In this document: positions 27,996 to 39,744 of the stretch, piece after piece
How the letters are laid out: each line of letters begins with the position of its first letter
Position numbering within the stretch: the stretch's first letter is position 1
Virus record (IMG/VR): IMGVR_UViG_3300045988_163836
Origin: a virus
Strand: one strand, 5' to 3'
DNA: 60,226 bases
Notes under the pieces: model-generated
The model's database searches: none
Seen by the model: the letters and a program-made list of their open reading frames with translations, nothing else
What the model was told of the DNA's origin: nothing
Translations under genes and position numbers: made by a program

Positions 27996-28628
27996 ATGCC
28001 TAAAAAATTAACTCAAGAAGAATTTGAGCAAAGAGTTTATGAATGCGTTGGAGATAAATATTCTGTTATAAGCGAATATAATGGAAAATCTAAACCAATA
28101 GATTTAAAGTGTAATATTCATAACATTATATTTCAAGTATCGGCAGAGTGTTTTATGCGAGGTCCAAAAGAAATAAGATGTTCTTGTCCTAAATGTTCAG
28201 AAGAAAAGAAAAATGAAAAATTTTCTATAAATAGAACAGAATTAGAATGTGCTTATTGCGGAAGAAAATTTATTCGTTCAAATTCTAAATTAAATAATTC
28301 AAAAAGTGGAATATATTTTTGTTGTAGAGAACATAAAGATTTGGCTCAAAGAATAGATTTCGGATTAAAAGAAATTCAGCCAAATCATTATGGAAATGCT
28401 GTTGAAAATATTCATAACTATCGTAAAAATGCTTTTCGATATTATTCTCATAAATGTGCAGTCTGTGATTGGAATGAAGATGAAGATATCTTAGAAGTTC
28501 ATCATATTGATGAAAATCGAGATCATAATGAACTATCTAATTTAATTATTCTTTGTCCTATATGTCATAGAAAACTTAGTTCACATAAATATAAATTGAT
28601 TGATAGAGAACAAATTGTTCTTTGTTAA
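27996..28628 (+). CDS. HNH homing endonuclease
   Basis: Motif EVHHIDENRDHNELSNLIILCPICH. N-terminal Cys/His clusters. No in-frame TAG. Free-standing between tRNAs. Confidence 0.7.
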   Translation: MPKKLTQEEFEQRVYECVGDKYSVISEYNGKSKPIDLKCNIHNIIFQVSAECFMRGPKEIRCSCPKCSEEKKNEKFSINRTELECAYCGRKFIRSNSKLNNSKSGIYFCCREHKDLAQRIDFGLKEIQPNHYGNAVENIHNYRKNAFRYYSHKCAVCDWNEDEDILEVHHIDENRDHNELSNLIILCPICHRKLSSHKYKLIDREQIVLC

Positions 28629-28702
28629 TAAATAGTGTGATATATTCCAAACACGTAGGGTGGTAAGCACACGGGTTTTCTAGAAGCCTTCCCTATGAAC
28701 AT

Positions 28703-28778
28703 GGATGCATAGCTCAGTTGGTAGAGCAATTGACTGTTAATCAATGGGTCGGAGGATCATACCCTTCTGCATCCGCCA
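28703..28778 (+). tRNA. tRNA-Asn (GUU)
   Basis: Acceptor GGATGCA/TGCATCC. D-arm GCTC-AGTTGGTA-GAGC. Anticodon arm ATTGA-CTGTTAA-TCAAT. T-arm GGAGG-ATCATAC-CCTTC. G73 and CCA. Confidence 0.7.
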
Positions 28779-28814
28779 CCGCACTTGCGGAAAACATACA
28801 ACTCAACTGGTGCA

Positions 28815-28882
28815 TAGAACTTGATGGAGCGTTCTATTAGTCTGATGCCTGCATTAGATTAAGTTTTATAACCATCATACTT
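28815..28882 (+). repeat. 65-70-nt repeat directly upstream of a tRNA (copy 2)
   Basis: catagaacttgatggagcgttctattagtctgatgcctgcattagattaagttttataaccatcatacttgg. See 27727..27787. Confidence 0.5.
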
Positions 28883-28956
28883 GGGGACATAGTTTATGGT
28901 AGGAAAACGTTGAATTTAATTCAAAGTCGAGGGTGCGATTCCCTCTGGCTCCACCA
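28883..28956 (+). tRNA. tRNA-like gene with an atypical anticodon arm (TTGAA-TTTAA-TTCAA). A 7-nt loop reading gives anticodon UUA, which would read UAA
   Basis: Acceptor GGGGACA/TGGCTCC with one A.G mismatch. D-arm GTTT-ATGGTAGGA-AAAC. T-arm GAGGG-TGCGATT-CCCTC. A73 and CCA. The anticodon hairpin has either a 5-bp stem with a 5-nt loop, or a 4-bp stem with loop ATTTAAT. Confidence 0.35.
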
Positions 28957-29089
28957 TTTATGAAAGACAATACAGCAATTATACATTTGCTTTGGGAGCC
29001 GTGTGTTATAGGTTCGAGTCCTATTGTTTGGTCGAAGACCGAATATAGCGTAATTGGTAGCGCAACGTATAAAATTGTCTTGTTAATAT

Positions 29090-29162
29090 TGCGGGATCGT
29101 CAAGTGGTTAAGACACCAGCCTCATAAACTGGTTATCGTGGGTTCGAATCCCACTCCCGCAA
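29090..29162 (+). tRNA. tRNA-Met or tRNA-Ile2 (CAU)
   Basis: Acceptor TGCGGGA/TCCCGCA. D-arm GTC-AAGTGGTTAA-GAC. Anticodon arm CCAGC-CTCATAA-ACTGG with a C.A pair at 31:39. T-arm GTGGG-TTCGAAT-CCCAC. A73. No CCA. Confidence 0.6.
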
Positions 29163-29289
29163 GAGATACATTAATCAAGCCTCCACGGGGCGTATCTTGG
29201 GTAATGCTAATTGATTAAAAAATTTTTGGTCGCGGAAAATTAATTTTGCAACCAAAATTTCCATAATATTATGGAGGAGATAATAATTA

Positions 29290-29939
29290 TGGCTTATATT
29301 TATTAGATAACAAATAATATTAATGGAAAAATTTATGTTGGTAAAACATTAAAAAATAATATTTAGGAACGTTGGAAAGAACATTTAAGAGATTATAAAA
29401 AATCTAAATATGAAAAACGTCCTTTATATAACGCAATAAATAAATATGGTCCAGAAAATTTTTCTATTAAGGAATTAGAAGAATGTTCTGCTGAAGAAGC
29501 TAGCGAAAAAGAAATTTATTGGATTGAGAAATTAAACTCTTTTAAATATGGATATAATGCTACTAAAGGAGGAGATGGCAAGATAAAATATGACCATCAA
29601 AAAATTTTAGAAGCATTAAGAATAAATCCACGTCCAATTGAAATAGCTAAATTATTTAATTGTAGTTGTGATTTAGTTCAATAGATAGCTAAAGAACACC
29701 AAATTTAGATAATTAATCAAAGTAATGAATAGATGAAAAAAGAAAAATCCAAAAGTATTAGGCAATATAATAAAAATGGAATATTAATTAATACTTTTGA
29801 TTCTGTAGCAGAAGCTGGACAATGGTGTTTTGAAAATAAAAAATGTCTAAATTATAATTCTGGAGTTAGAAGTCATATTGCTGAATGTGCAAATGGAAAA
29901 CGTAAAACAGCATATGGTTATATCTGGAAATATATATGA
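29290..29939 (+). pseudogene. GIY-YIG homing endonuclease, frameshifted (1-nt shorter T-run near 29467-29470)
   Basis: MAYIYQITNNINGKIYVGKT...ERWKEH is the GIY-YIG motif. The paralog at 54788 reads ...GAAAATTTTTCTATT... with 5 T. This copy has 4 T. That splits the protein between the 29290 frame and the frame of ORF 29733..29939, which carries the C-terminal domain. Confidence 0.6.
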
Positions 29940-30066
29940 TTTATATGAAAAGCCCATACAGCAACTTTTAATAGGATAAATAAGAAATTCTGCAAAAATT
30001 TTTTAGAGTTGGTTCAAATCCAGCAAATGATTTTAGGGTTTTGTTAAAATTGTTAAGGAGAAAATA

Positions 30067-30252
30067 ATGAAGTTTAATCCAGGAGACAAGGTCTGGTGCA
30101 AGAGATATGGTAAGGGTAAGTGCCGCAAGGCTGATAATAAGGATAATTTTATGACTTATCTTTTCAGATTTTATGATGGCACTTTAATTTGGATGTCAAA
30201 ATATCAGGCTGAACATTTTGTAAAAGTTCGTTCCACCGAGGCCACGGTGTGA
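30067..30252 (+). CDS. hypothetical small protein
   Basis: RBS aaggagaaaa lies upstream. Confidence 0.4.
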   Translation: MKFNPGDKVWCKRYGKGKCRKADNKDNFMTYLFRFYDGTLIWMSKYQAEHFVKVRSTEATV

Positions 30253-30411
30253 ATATAAAGTCCGGTTATAGGAAATCCTGTCATTAGGCAGCAGGCTACC
30301 GGTAATCCTTTCTTATATATTTAAATATGTAAGGAACAAAAACTATACAATAGATAGAGTTTTTACGCCTTGGCGCAATGCTTGTTTTTTACTATCTATT
30401 TTTTTATATTT

Positions 30412-30498
30412 GGAGTCGTGGGATAATGGTATTCCAATGGATTGCTAATCCATCCTACCTCTTAGGTAGTCCGCGTTCGAGTCGCGGCGATTCCGCCA
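30412..30498 (+). tRNA. tRNA-Ser (GCU)
   Basis: Acceptor GGAGTCG/CGATTCC. Anticodon arm ATGGA-TTGCTAA-TCCAT. Long variable arm CCTACC-TCT-TAGGTAG. T-arm CCGCG-TTCGAGT-CGCGG. G73 and CCA. Confidence 0.75.
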
Positions 30499-30501
30499 TA
30501 T

Positions 30502-30585
30502 GTAGGAGTGCCAGAGTGGTCGATTGGGTTAGTCTCCAAAACTAATTGTAGCTACACATCCAGGGTTCGAATCCCTTGCTCCTAT
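30502..30585 (+). tRNA. class-II tRNA with an apparent CCA anticodon (Trp codon), unusual
   Basis: Anticodon arm TTAGT-CTCCAAA-ACTAA. Long variable arm TGTAG...CTACA. T-loop TTCGAAT. The acceptor and D-stem pairing is ambiguous (GTAGGAG or TAGGAGT). Confidence 0.4.
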
Positions 30586-30991
30586 GCGGTATCATATAGA
30601 GAACCTTTCCGTGGTGATACTATTTAAACTAATCTCTATGAAACTTATTTCCACTTTTTTAAGTTTCTATGGTTAAACCCTGTTGAGGGCAAAGACTACA
30701 GGGTATTCCTTTCCATCCCTCATACATTAAGACTCATTTTCAGCAAACTTTTGCCTGCAAAGGTTCTACATACTTATTTATTACTAATAGATGAAAAAGT
30801 ATAATAAAGAAAATAAAGTATATTTTGAAAAGTTTTTTCTTTTTAGCTAGTTTAGTAAGCTAAATTCCGCGTTTTTATTTTGGCTTTTCAATGAGTCTTG
30901 TTTTTTAAAATAATTGGTATCGCTAAGCTTCATGGTAATTGTGGCGTATTTAAATCATAGATAGTTAAGGGTCTATAGCCAATTATAATAT

Positions 30992-31080
30992 GCGGAATTA
31001 ACTTGCCCGGCGGTAAGCCTTGTCTTGAAAACAAGTGGTCCTGTGACAGGGATGGGGATCGACACCTCAGTTCCGCGCCA
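30992..31080 (+). tRNA. tRNA-Ser (UGA)
   Basis: Acceptor GCGGAAT/GTTCCGC. Anticodon arm CTTGT-CTTGAAA-ACAAG. Long variable arm TCCTGT-GA-CAGGGA. T-arm TGGGG-ATCGACA-CCTCA. G73 and CCA. Confidence 0.7.
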
Positions 31081-31117
31081 CTCGTTTCAAATTCGTTCAT
31101 TGCATTTCATCCTTTCT

Positions 31118-31162
31118 GTAAAGATGGACTGATTAGATTAATCAGTCCATCTTTTTTTTTAT
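31118..31162 (+). terminator. rho-independent terminator
   Basis: AAAGATGGACTGATTAGATTAATCAGTCCATCTTT followed by 9 T. Confidence 0.7.
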
Positions 31163-31311
31163 ATATTTTAAAGACAGTAGGTTATAGGGGTTCGGGCCGA
31201 CTTGGACCATTAAAACCGAATGCTTGAATTAAAATTCCATTTAAGAAATTTTCGGTCCAACAGGTATAGAGCAATATAAAATAATTTTAAATATGAAAGG
31301 AGAAGAACAAT

Positions 31312-31425
31312 ATGAAAATGTTTATTCTTTCATATAAGGGCGGCAAAGATGGCGGCGACATTGATAAAGAAGATACTTCCAAGTCAACGGGCGGCTGGGA
31401 TGGCGGCTCTATAGATGATGATTAA
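31312..31425 (+). CDS. small Gly/Asp-rich protein
   Basis: RBS aaaggagaag lies upstream. 37 aa. Confidence 0.3.
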   Translation: MKMFILSYKGGKDGGDIDKEDTSKSTGGWDGGSIDDD

Positions 31426-31442
31426 AGAAAGGAGAACACGAG

Positions 31443-32516
31443 ATGGCTGAAATTATTAAATTAAGACGCGGTAAATCAACTAGCTGGTCTAAAAAGAATA
31501 TAATTCTTGCAGCTGGTGAAATCGGCGTAGAACTTGATACACATTAGATTAAAGTCGGCGATGGTTCAACCCCTTGGAATGAACTATCTTATGTAGGCGG
31601 AACTAAAGTTGTTAATGTTCAAGAATACACTGATAATCCTGCGGTTGTAGATGGTGTGCCTTATCAATCTATTGATGTGGCATTTATGAAAGCTCCAGCA
31701 GGAAGTACAATTCGTCTTAATGCTAACTTTGATAACAGTGTTTCTATTGATAAAGCATTGACTATTGAATTAAATGGTAATGATATTATTAATAATGAAA
31801 AAACGCCAATAGATATCAAAGCAAACGGCGATTTAACTATTAAGGGCCAAGGTACTATTGAATGTAATAAGAATGAAAATGCCGCAGTTTTTAATAATGG
31901 TAATATTACTATTAATAATGGTAAATTACAACGTACTACTGATGTAGCAGGTAATGGTTATTATACTGCTGTTAATCATGGCACTATGACAATCAATGGC
32001 GGCATGTTTATGAGTGGTGGCGAATTTTCTAGCATGATTGAAAATGGCTATTGGGATTATCACGCTGGTAATACTACTAATGGCTATGTTCAAGGCCAAA
32101 ATGCTGAAATGCCTACATTAACTATTAATGATGGTACATTCGCTGGCGGCTTATATGCTATAAAAAATGATGATAATGCTGTTTTAAATATTAATGGCGG
32201 CACATTCTATAATACTATTCTTGCTAATGGTAAGTCAATAACTATCACTGATGGGTATTTTGAAAATAGTAAGCCAAGTCAAGGCGAATATAATTTTTAT
32301 CTTCGTAAATTAAGTGAAGATTTAAATCCTCAAAATACATATATTAGCGGTGGTACATTTATTACTGCACAAGATAAGAATTTCAAGGTTGAGGGCGACC
32401 CTCGTATTGAAATTAGTGGTGGTCGTTTTAATAGAGAATTAGATCCTTCTTATCTAGCTCCTGGCTATAGACAAGTACTTGTCAATGGCTTCTATACTGT
32501 CTAGAAGGAGGAATAA
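31443..32516 (+). CDS. tail fiber or tailspike-like protein (N-terminal KxGDGxTxW module plus beta-helix-like repeats)
   Basis: N-terminus IIKLRRGKSTSWSKKNIILAAGEIGVELDTHQIKVGDGSTPWNELSYVGG. TAGs at 31548 and 32502 are read as Gln. Repeats of the form NGN/ITINNG/INGG follow. Confidence 0.55.
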
Positions 32517-32519
32517 TCT

Positions 32520-33035
32520 ATGGCTGATATCATCAAGTTCAAAAGAGGTCGATCAATTACATGGCGCGAAAAAAACTTATTGCTTAAGGATGGCGAGCCT
32601 GGATTTGAATTAGACACTCATAAACTGAAAATTGGTGATGGTAAAACCTTATGGAATGATTTACCATATATTGGTGGCGAAAGTGGTACAATTGATCTTC
32701 CTGATAATGTAATGGAATTTTTAGGCACAGTTGATACACTTCCAGCTACCGCTGAGGATGGAGAAATGTGTATTTATAATGGTAAATTATATATTTACGA
32801 TGGTAAATGGACAACTACAGAAACTTCCTCTCCAGCACAAAATTCTTTCAATTCTTTAGTAGATGCAATTAACTATATTACCTAGCATAATTGTGTTGGT
32901 CAAATTGTATCTATTTTTTAGAATAATAAATGGTTGCCTTATATTGTAGATGTAAATAATGATCTTGTACCTATTCAATATGGAGAAGATAGTTATGATA
33001 TCCTCAATGGCGGTGACGCAAATACTCTTAATTAA
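32520..33035 (+). CDS. tail fiber-associated protein (KIGDGKTLW module)
   Basis: IIKFKRGRSITWREKNLLLKDGEPGFELDTHKLKIGDGKTLWNDLPYIGG. TAGs at 32883 and 32919 extend the frame to TAA 33033. The C-terminus YDILNGGDANTLN resembles the end of 34302..36935. Confidence 0.5.
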
Positions 33036-33057
33036 TTTTATAGGAGGAAAATGATTT

Positions 33058-34278
33058 ATGGCTGATAAAACTCTTAATACTCGTATTCAAGTATTAAATG
33101 ATACTACTGCCAATCTTGCGGCGAAGAAAGATAAAGTTCCCCTTCGTGGTGAAATTGTCTATGATAGTGATCTTCATAAAATGAAGATTGGTGATGGTGA
33201 ATCCACTCTTGAAAACTTAACCTTTGTTGGCGGTGATGAAGCTAAAAATTTCGAAGCTATTCCAGCAGGTGAGGAAACTGATGTTCAGGCTATTACTCGT
33301 GTTGTAGCTTCTGCAGAACTTCATAATGGCGATACTGCTATTGTAAAGCGTGTTATTACTGGCGATAAGATTTCTTATACTGCTTATGTATATGATGGTA
33401 CTTGGAAAGCTATGGATGGCAATTATCGCGCTGACAATGTTTATTTTGATGATGACATTACTTATACCGTTGCTATTGGTACTCTTTCTAAGCCTTCGGG
33501 TTCTGCTAAATTTGCGGCGAAAGGTAAGAATGTCGAACAGGTGCTTTCTAGCCTAATGGCTCAAGAGGCTAATCCCACTAAGTCCAATCCTGCTGTTAGC
33601 TTCAGCGCACAGGGCGGCTTTGGTACATTTGAGATTGGTACTAAAAAGAATCTAACATATACAGCAGCTCTATCTACTGGTAGTTATACCTATGGTCCAG
33701 CTACTGGTATTGCGGCTTAGACTTGGGAAGTTAGTTGCACTGGTGTAACCGAAAAGAAAACAACTGCAACAGGTACTTTTGAAAATGTTGTTGCTGAAGC
33801 TACTGCTAAGAAGATTACAGCTAAAGCAACTTATAATGAAGGATCTATTCCAGTAACCAATTTGGGCAATCCTTATCCTGCGGGTAAAATTGCAGCAGGC
33901 TCTGCTTCTAAGGATAGTAATATTCTTCAGGGTGTTCGTTATATGTTCTGGGGTCCTATGACTTCTGATGCTGGACTTAACTCTGCTAATGTTCGTGCTC
34001 TTGCTCATAAACAAGCTTAGGGCGCTGGTACATTAGGCGCATTTGGTGCTGGAGCTGGCGCAAAGAAAGTTATCGTTGCAGTTCCTGCTGGTTGTAAGAT
34101 TACGAAGGTTCTTATGCTAAGTGCTCTTAATGCTGATGTTACAGCTCTATTTGTTAAACAAGGCACTACTGTTAGTGTTGAAGGTGCTGAAAGCTATGCT
34201 GCAGCTCCTTATGATGTATATGTCTATCAACCTGCTTCTATTGACGCTGGTGAAACATATAGCGTTACGATTGGTTAA
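33058..34278 (+). CDS. tail fiber protein (KIGDGESTLENL module)
   Basis: TAGs at 33718 and 34018 are read as Gln. Ala/Gly-rich. Higher GC than surroundings. Confidence 0.55.
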
Positions 34279-34301
34279 TTTTGAAGGAGGAATAATATAA
34301 T

Positions 34302-36935
34302 ATGGCTACTATTTTAAATAATGCTGCTTATATGGGTTTCCCGCTGTCTATTAAGCGTGGTAATCCTGCTCCTGTTGATACTACCGCTGTATGGTATAAT
34401 AAAACAGAATTAGAAACTTATGCTAAATCTGGCGCTACAGCTTATGTCGGTCAGATTTTAACTTTAGTTGTAGATAATAAGTGCGAAGCTTACATGATCA
34501 GTAATGCAGCTGGCACTCTTGTTAAGCTTGCTTCTACTACTGCTTCTGGTGACCTTGCTTCTGATGTCTCTACATTACAAGGTAAAGTTGCTTCTCTTAT
34601 TGAGAAGGTCGGTGCAGCTAAGGAAGGCGAAACCGCAGCAACTGGTTTATATGCATTAATTGAAGCTGCCCAAAAGCAAGCAGATAAAGGCGTCACTAAT
34701 GCAAAGACTGCTGATGATAAAGCTGTTGCAGCACAGGCTGATGTAGATGCCCTTGAAACTGTTGTTGGTGCTGATGATACTACTGGTCTTCGTAAGCGTA
34801 TTAAGACTAATGAAGATGCTATTGGTGTTCTGAAAGGCACTGGTGAAGGTTCAGTCGCGAAGGCTGTTAATGATGCTATTGATGCATTTGCTACCAAGGC
34901 TACTGATAATGGCACTATTGATACCTTCAAAGAATTAGTTGACTGGGTCGCAAAGCATCCAGAAGTTGTTAATGGTTTAACTGGTGATATTAATAAATTA
35001 AAAGCTATCCTTAAAGGATTTGGTACTGCTGAAGGCGAATCTCCTGAAGTAAAGGCTTATATTGATGGCGCCATTAAGGCTCTCAAAATTGGCGATTATG
35101 CTAAGGCTGCTGATTTAACTACTCTCGCCGGACGTGTTAGCGTAGTTGAAAATCTTCCTGCGGCTGGTATTACTGCTGAAGATATCGCTAAGTGGAATGC
35201 AAAGCAAGATGCGGGTAATTTTGTTGATCAATCTGCTTATGATACTAAGATGACAGCTCTTGATCAAGCTGATAGCGATAATGCAACTGCTATTGCTGCT
35301 GTGAAAAAAACGGCTGATGCGGCTGTCGTTGCCAATAAAGATATTACCGCTGGTACTGCTACTAAAGTTACTTATGATGCTAAAGGTCTTGTAACTAAAG
35401 GTGAGAATCTTGCTGTTTCTGACATTCCTACTCTTGGTATTTCCAAGATTGATGGTCTTCAGGATGCTCTCGATGCTAAGCAGAATAATTTAACATTTGA
35501 GGGTACTTATAATGCTGGCACTAACAAAGTTGCTACTGAAAGCACTGTTAATACTGCTGTTGATAATTTAATCCATACTCTTGGCGGCAAAGATGGTAAG
35601 ACTGATATTGATACTAAGGATAGCAATACTATCCATGGCGCAAAGATGTATGCAGATGAAGTCGGTAAGACTACTCTTGCTTCTGCTAAAACTTATGCTG
35701 ATGGTTTAGTTGGCGATACTTCTGCCATTGGTAAAAAAGTTGCCGCTCTTGAAGGTAAGGTTGATGTTGATAGCGTAAGTGGTGCAATTGATACAGCTAA
35801 GACCGAAGCTATTAATACCGCAGGCACTAATGCTGATACTAAAATTGCAACTGCTAAGACTGCTATTCTTGGTGAAGAACATACTGGCACTGTAAAAGAA
35901 GCTTATGAACTTGCTGCTTCCAAGGCTACAATGAAAGAAGTCGAAGCTAAGGGCTATGCTGTTAAGACTGAAGTTGATACGGCTGTTGCTGATGCAAAGA
36001 AAGCGGGCACTGAGGCTCAGACTTCTGTTAATGCATTAAGCGATAAAGTTGGCACTGTTTCAGCAGACAAGACAATTGTTTAGATGATTGCTGATGCTCA
36101 AAAGGCTGCTACTTATGATGATAGCACTGTTAAGGCAAGTATCAAAGCTAATGCTGATGCTATTACTAAGTTAAATGGTGCTGATACTGTTGAAGGCTCT
36201 GTGGCTAAGACAGTTAAGGATGCTGTTGCTGTTGAACAGAAGCGTGCAGAAGGTAAAGAACAAGCAAATGCTACTGCAGTTGCTGATGTTAAATCTCGTG
36301 TTGACACCTTCCTTGCAGCTGCAGAAGTCGGCGATGCTGCTGTTGATACCTTAAAAGAAATTCAGACTTACATTAGCACGCATGGCTCTGCTGCTGATCA
36401 AATGGTTAAAGATATTGCAGCTAATAAGAAAGCAGTTGAAGATGAAGCTGCTCGTGCTAAGGCCGAAGAAACAAAACTTAATACTGCAATTACCGATGAA
36501 ACCAGTCGTGCGACAGGTATTGAAAGTGGTTTAGCTACTCGTCTTACTACTCTTGAAGGCGCTGACACTGTTGAAGGTTCTGTAGCGAAAACTGTTAAAG
36601 ATGCTATTGATACCCTTAATATTACTCAGTATGCAAAAGATGCTGATGTTGTCAAGAAAGAAACTGGTAAGAGCTTAATTGCTGATACCAAGATTACTAA
36701 ACTTGATGGTATTGCAGAAGGCGCTCAAGTTAACGTAATTGAAAAGATTACAGTTAATGGTACAGAACAGACTCCTACTAAGAAGACAATAGCTCTTGAA
36801 AGCTATAAGGGTGATGGCACTTCTATTGAGAATAATGCTAATCATACTCTTAGCGTGAAGGCAGTTTCTACTGATCTTCTTAAATAGGGTGCTGATACTC
36901 TTATCCTTGATGGTGGTAACGCTAATACGCTTTGA
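34302..36935 (+). CDS. large tail fiber protein (877 aa) with an Ala/Thr-rich fibrous repeat
   Basis: The internal repeat GADTVEGSVAKTVKDA occurs twice. TAGs at 36081 and 36885. TGA stop at 36933. A terminator hairpin follows. Confidence 0.6.
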
Positions 36936-36948
36936 TTTAATAAATTAT

Positions 36949-36973
36949 AAGGGGAGAGAAATCTCCCCTTTCC
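36949..36973 (+). terminator. rho-independent terminator
   Basis: AAGGGGAGAGAAATCTCCCCTTT. Confidence 0.6.
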
Positions 36974-36988
36974 ATTAGGAGGATTGGA

Positions 36989-37330
36989 ATGGCTGATAAA
37001 ACTTTAAATATTCGTATTAAGTCAAAATACGATACACTTGCTAATTGGACTGCAAACAAATCAAAAGTTTTACTTGCCGGTGAAGTGGGATTTTGTTATG
37101 TACCAGCACTTACATCTGGTACAACAACCACAGCTCCTACTGTATTATTTAAAGTTGGTGATGGTACGACCACATGGGAAAAACTACCTTGGGGAGCAGG
37201 GCTTGGAGCAGATGTCCCGGCATGGGCTAAGGCACCTACAAAGCCATCCTATACCCTTGATGAAATAGGCGCTAACCCTGATGCCAACTATGTAATTTTT
37301 GATTGCGGTTCTTCAACTGTAAATATATAA
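36989..37330 (+). CDS. tail fiber-associated protein (KVGDGTTTWEKL module)
   Basis: Starts MADKTLNIRI. A terminator follows. Confidence 0.5.
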   Translation: MADKTLNIRIKSKYDTLANWTANKSKVLLAGEVGFCYVPALTSGTTTTAPTVLFKVGDGTTTWEKLPWGAGLGADVPAWAKAPTKPSYTLDEIGANPDANYVIFDCGSSTVNI

Positions 37331-37334
37331 TAAT

Positions 37335-37368
37335 AAAGACTCCATTTTGGAGTCTTTATTTTTTTTTA
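37335..37368 (+). terminator. rho-independent terminator
   Basis: AAAGACTCCATTTTGGAGTCTTT followed by a T-run. Confidence 0.65.
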
Positions 37369-37448
37369 TCTGGACTAATTTAAATAATTTGATATTTTTA
37401 TTTTTTATATAATTTTAGAATAAGAAACATTGAAAGGAGGAACTTTCA

Positions 37449-38591
37449 TTGGCAGATAAACAATTAAAATCATTATAGTTTCCTAATATAAGTGATAAAT
37501 ATGTCGTTAAATTAACAGTAGAAGAATTACAAAATTTATTATCTGATATTAGACTTAATGGCGGAATAGCTTATTAGAAAGATATAGTTACAAGCTACAA
37601 TGATTTAAATGATAAACCTAAGATTTTAACAGAAAAAAATTTATCTGAAGAAGTAAATAATAAATTTGTAGAACTAAAATGTGTAACATTAGATGATTTA
37701 AAAAATCATACTAAAATGTTAGAAGCAAAATTTAATGGTAATGAAGAAAATGATTTAAGTGAAACCTGGATTATTCATAAAGCCCCATCTTTCTATTTTA
37801 AAAGTAATATTGAATTTGTTTCTAATGGAATAACTTATTCTTCTATAGAATATAAAAAAAATACTTAGCCCAAGAAAGATGGTATTATTCTTGAAGATAT
37901 GTTATATTATGATACCACTTGTGTTGGTCATAGTCCTCAAGATAATTCTGCTATTAATTATAAAGAAATATCTTGGGAAAATTAGGCTTATAATATAATT
38001 AAATTTACCAAAGAAAAGCCAACAGGTGATTTATTAAGATGGTTACAAGAAGATGGAACAATTAAAGGACCTAATACATTTCAAGGATTATTTAATTATG
38101 TAAATAATTAGGATAATGAAACTTTAAAAAAGGCTAAAACGTATATAAATGATGTCATGAATAATTATCATGCTCCAATAGCTAGTGAAAATACATTAGG
38201 TATAGTTATGGGCGGCGGAACTGGTATCGGTATTGATGAAAATGGTAGATTATATGCAACAGGAGAAATTATAGCTGATGCAAATATCTTATGGTCTAAG
38301 ATAGTAGAAAAACCTACTACTTTAGAAGCAATCAGCAAAGATGCGATGTGTCGAGCTATTATAAATAGTTTACCATCTAGTAGCTAGTCAGGTAATTATG
38401 CTGATTTATTAAATAAACCAGATTTATCTAAATATGCTTTAAAAACAGACATATCTGAATACACATTACCAACTGCTTCAACCTCTACTCTTGGCGGTGT
38501 AAAAATAGATAATAGTACAATTGGTATTAGTGATGGATTTATTTATGTAAAAAATACTAATTCAGCTGTTTGGACTAAATGGACAGGATAA
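37449..38591 (+). CDS. tail fiber-related protein, TTG start, 7 in-frame TAGs
   Basis: TTG-GCA-GAT-AAA gives MADK, as in neighbouring fiber genes. The RBS is aaaggagga. One frame is continuous to TAA 38589 and ends ...TLGGVKIDNSTIG.... Confidence 0.5.
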
Positions 38592-38736
38592 GTTTGAAAT
38601 TGATAACTTATTTATTATAATCTTTACTCTTTTGAAAATAGATGATTGAGAAAGATATTTAATATAGGGAAATAAATATCTTGAACTATTTTCAAAATAT
38701 TTATTTCCCTATATTTTTGTTTAAGGAGGAAATATA

Positions 38737-39729
38737 ATGGCAAATAATACATTCCAAGGCCGTATGATTTAGAAGCATGATACAAAAGCTAATTGGGATA
38801 AAGCAACTAATTTTGTCCCCTTAAAAGGCGAAATTATTATATATGATGATTTAAAGAAAATAAAAATAGGTGATGGAGCTACTAAAGTAGGAAATCTGGT
38901 TTTTATTAATGACTTAGATACTATAAATGGAAAATATTTACCTCTTGCTGGTGGTACTATGACTGGTAATATTAATATTAATAATAAAACAATTACTAAT
39001 TTAAAAACTCCAACAGCCGATACAGAAGCCGCAAATAAAAAATATGTAGATGACTAGGTTGCCGCTAATGACCATATAGTAAATAGATTTACATTTACTG
39101 CAACAGCAGGTTAGTCTACATTTACTATTCCATTTGATTTTGAAGACAGTAGCGCACTTACTGTTTATTATAATGGTATAATGATGAGGGAGATAGATAA
39201 CTATACAGTATCTAGTAAAGTAATTACACTTGCTGGATTCACAGCCGAAGCTGGTGATTATCTTACTGTAATGGGTATAGAAGGAGCTGCAGCAATTGAT
39301 TTTGGTAAAGAAGCAGAAGATGCAATTAAACAAATACAAGCTATAAAAACTTCATCAATTAATGAAATAAATACTGTGAAAGAAAAGACTCTTAAAGAAA
39401 TTAATGATTTAGTTGCCACATTACCATCGGATACTTCCAATATTATGTTTTTAAATAAAACAAACACAATGGCTGCTGATAGTAAGATTACTATGTATAG
39501 TACTTATACTCCTTCAGCAAACGGAGATGTTGCTACAAAAAAATATGTAGATGATAGTAAACCTTCAATAGTTGGTACAGCTACTACTTTTCCAATCTAT
39601 ATTGGCTCATCTACTCCCGCGTCAGGCACAGCACCTTTATTATGGATTGACACATCTTCATCTGGTACTTTTAAATATCGTACATCTAAAACTGGAACTT
39701 GGACTATCGTACCTGTTGCTTGGAGTTAA
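38737..39729 (+). CDS. tail fiber protein (KIGDGATKVGNL module, LPLAGGTMTGNI motif)
   Basis: RBS aaggagga precedes ATG 38737. There are 3 in-frame TAGs. The C-terminus is ...KYRTSKTGTWTIVPVAWS. Confidence 0.6.
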
Positions 39730-39744
39730 TAAGGAGAATAATAG

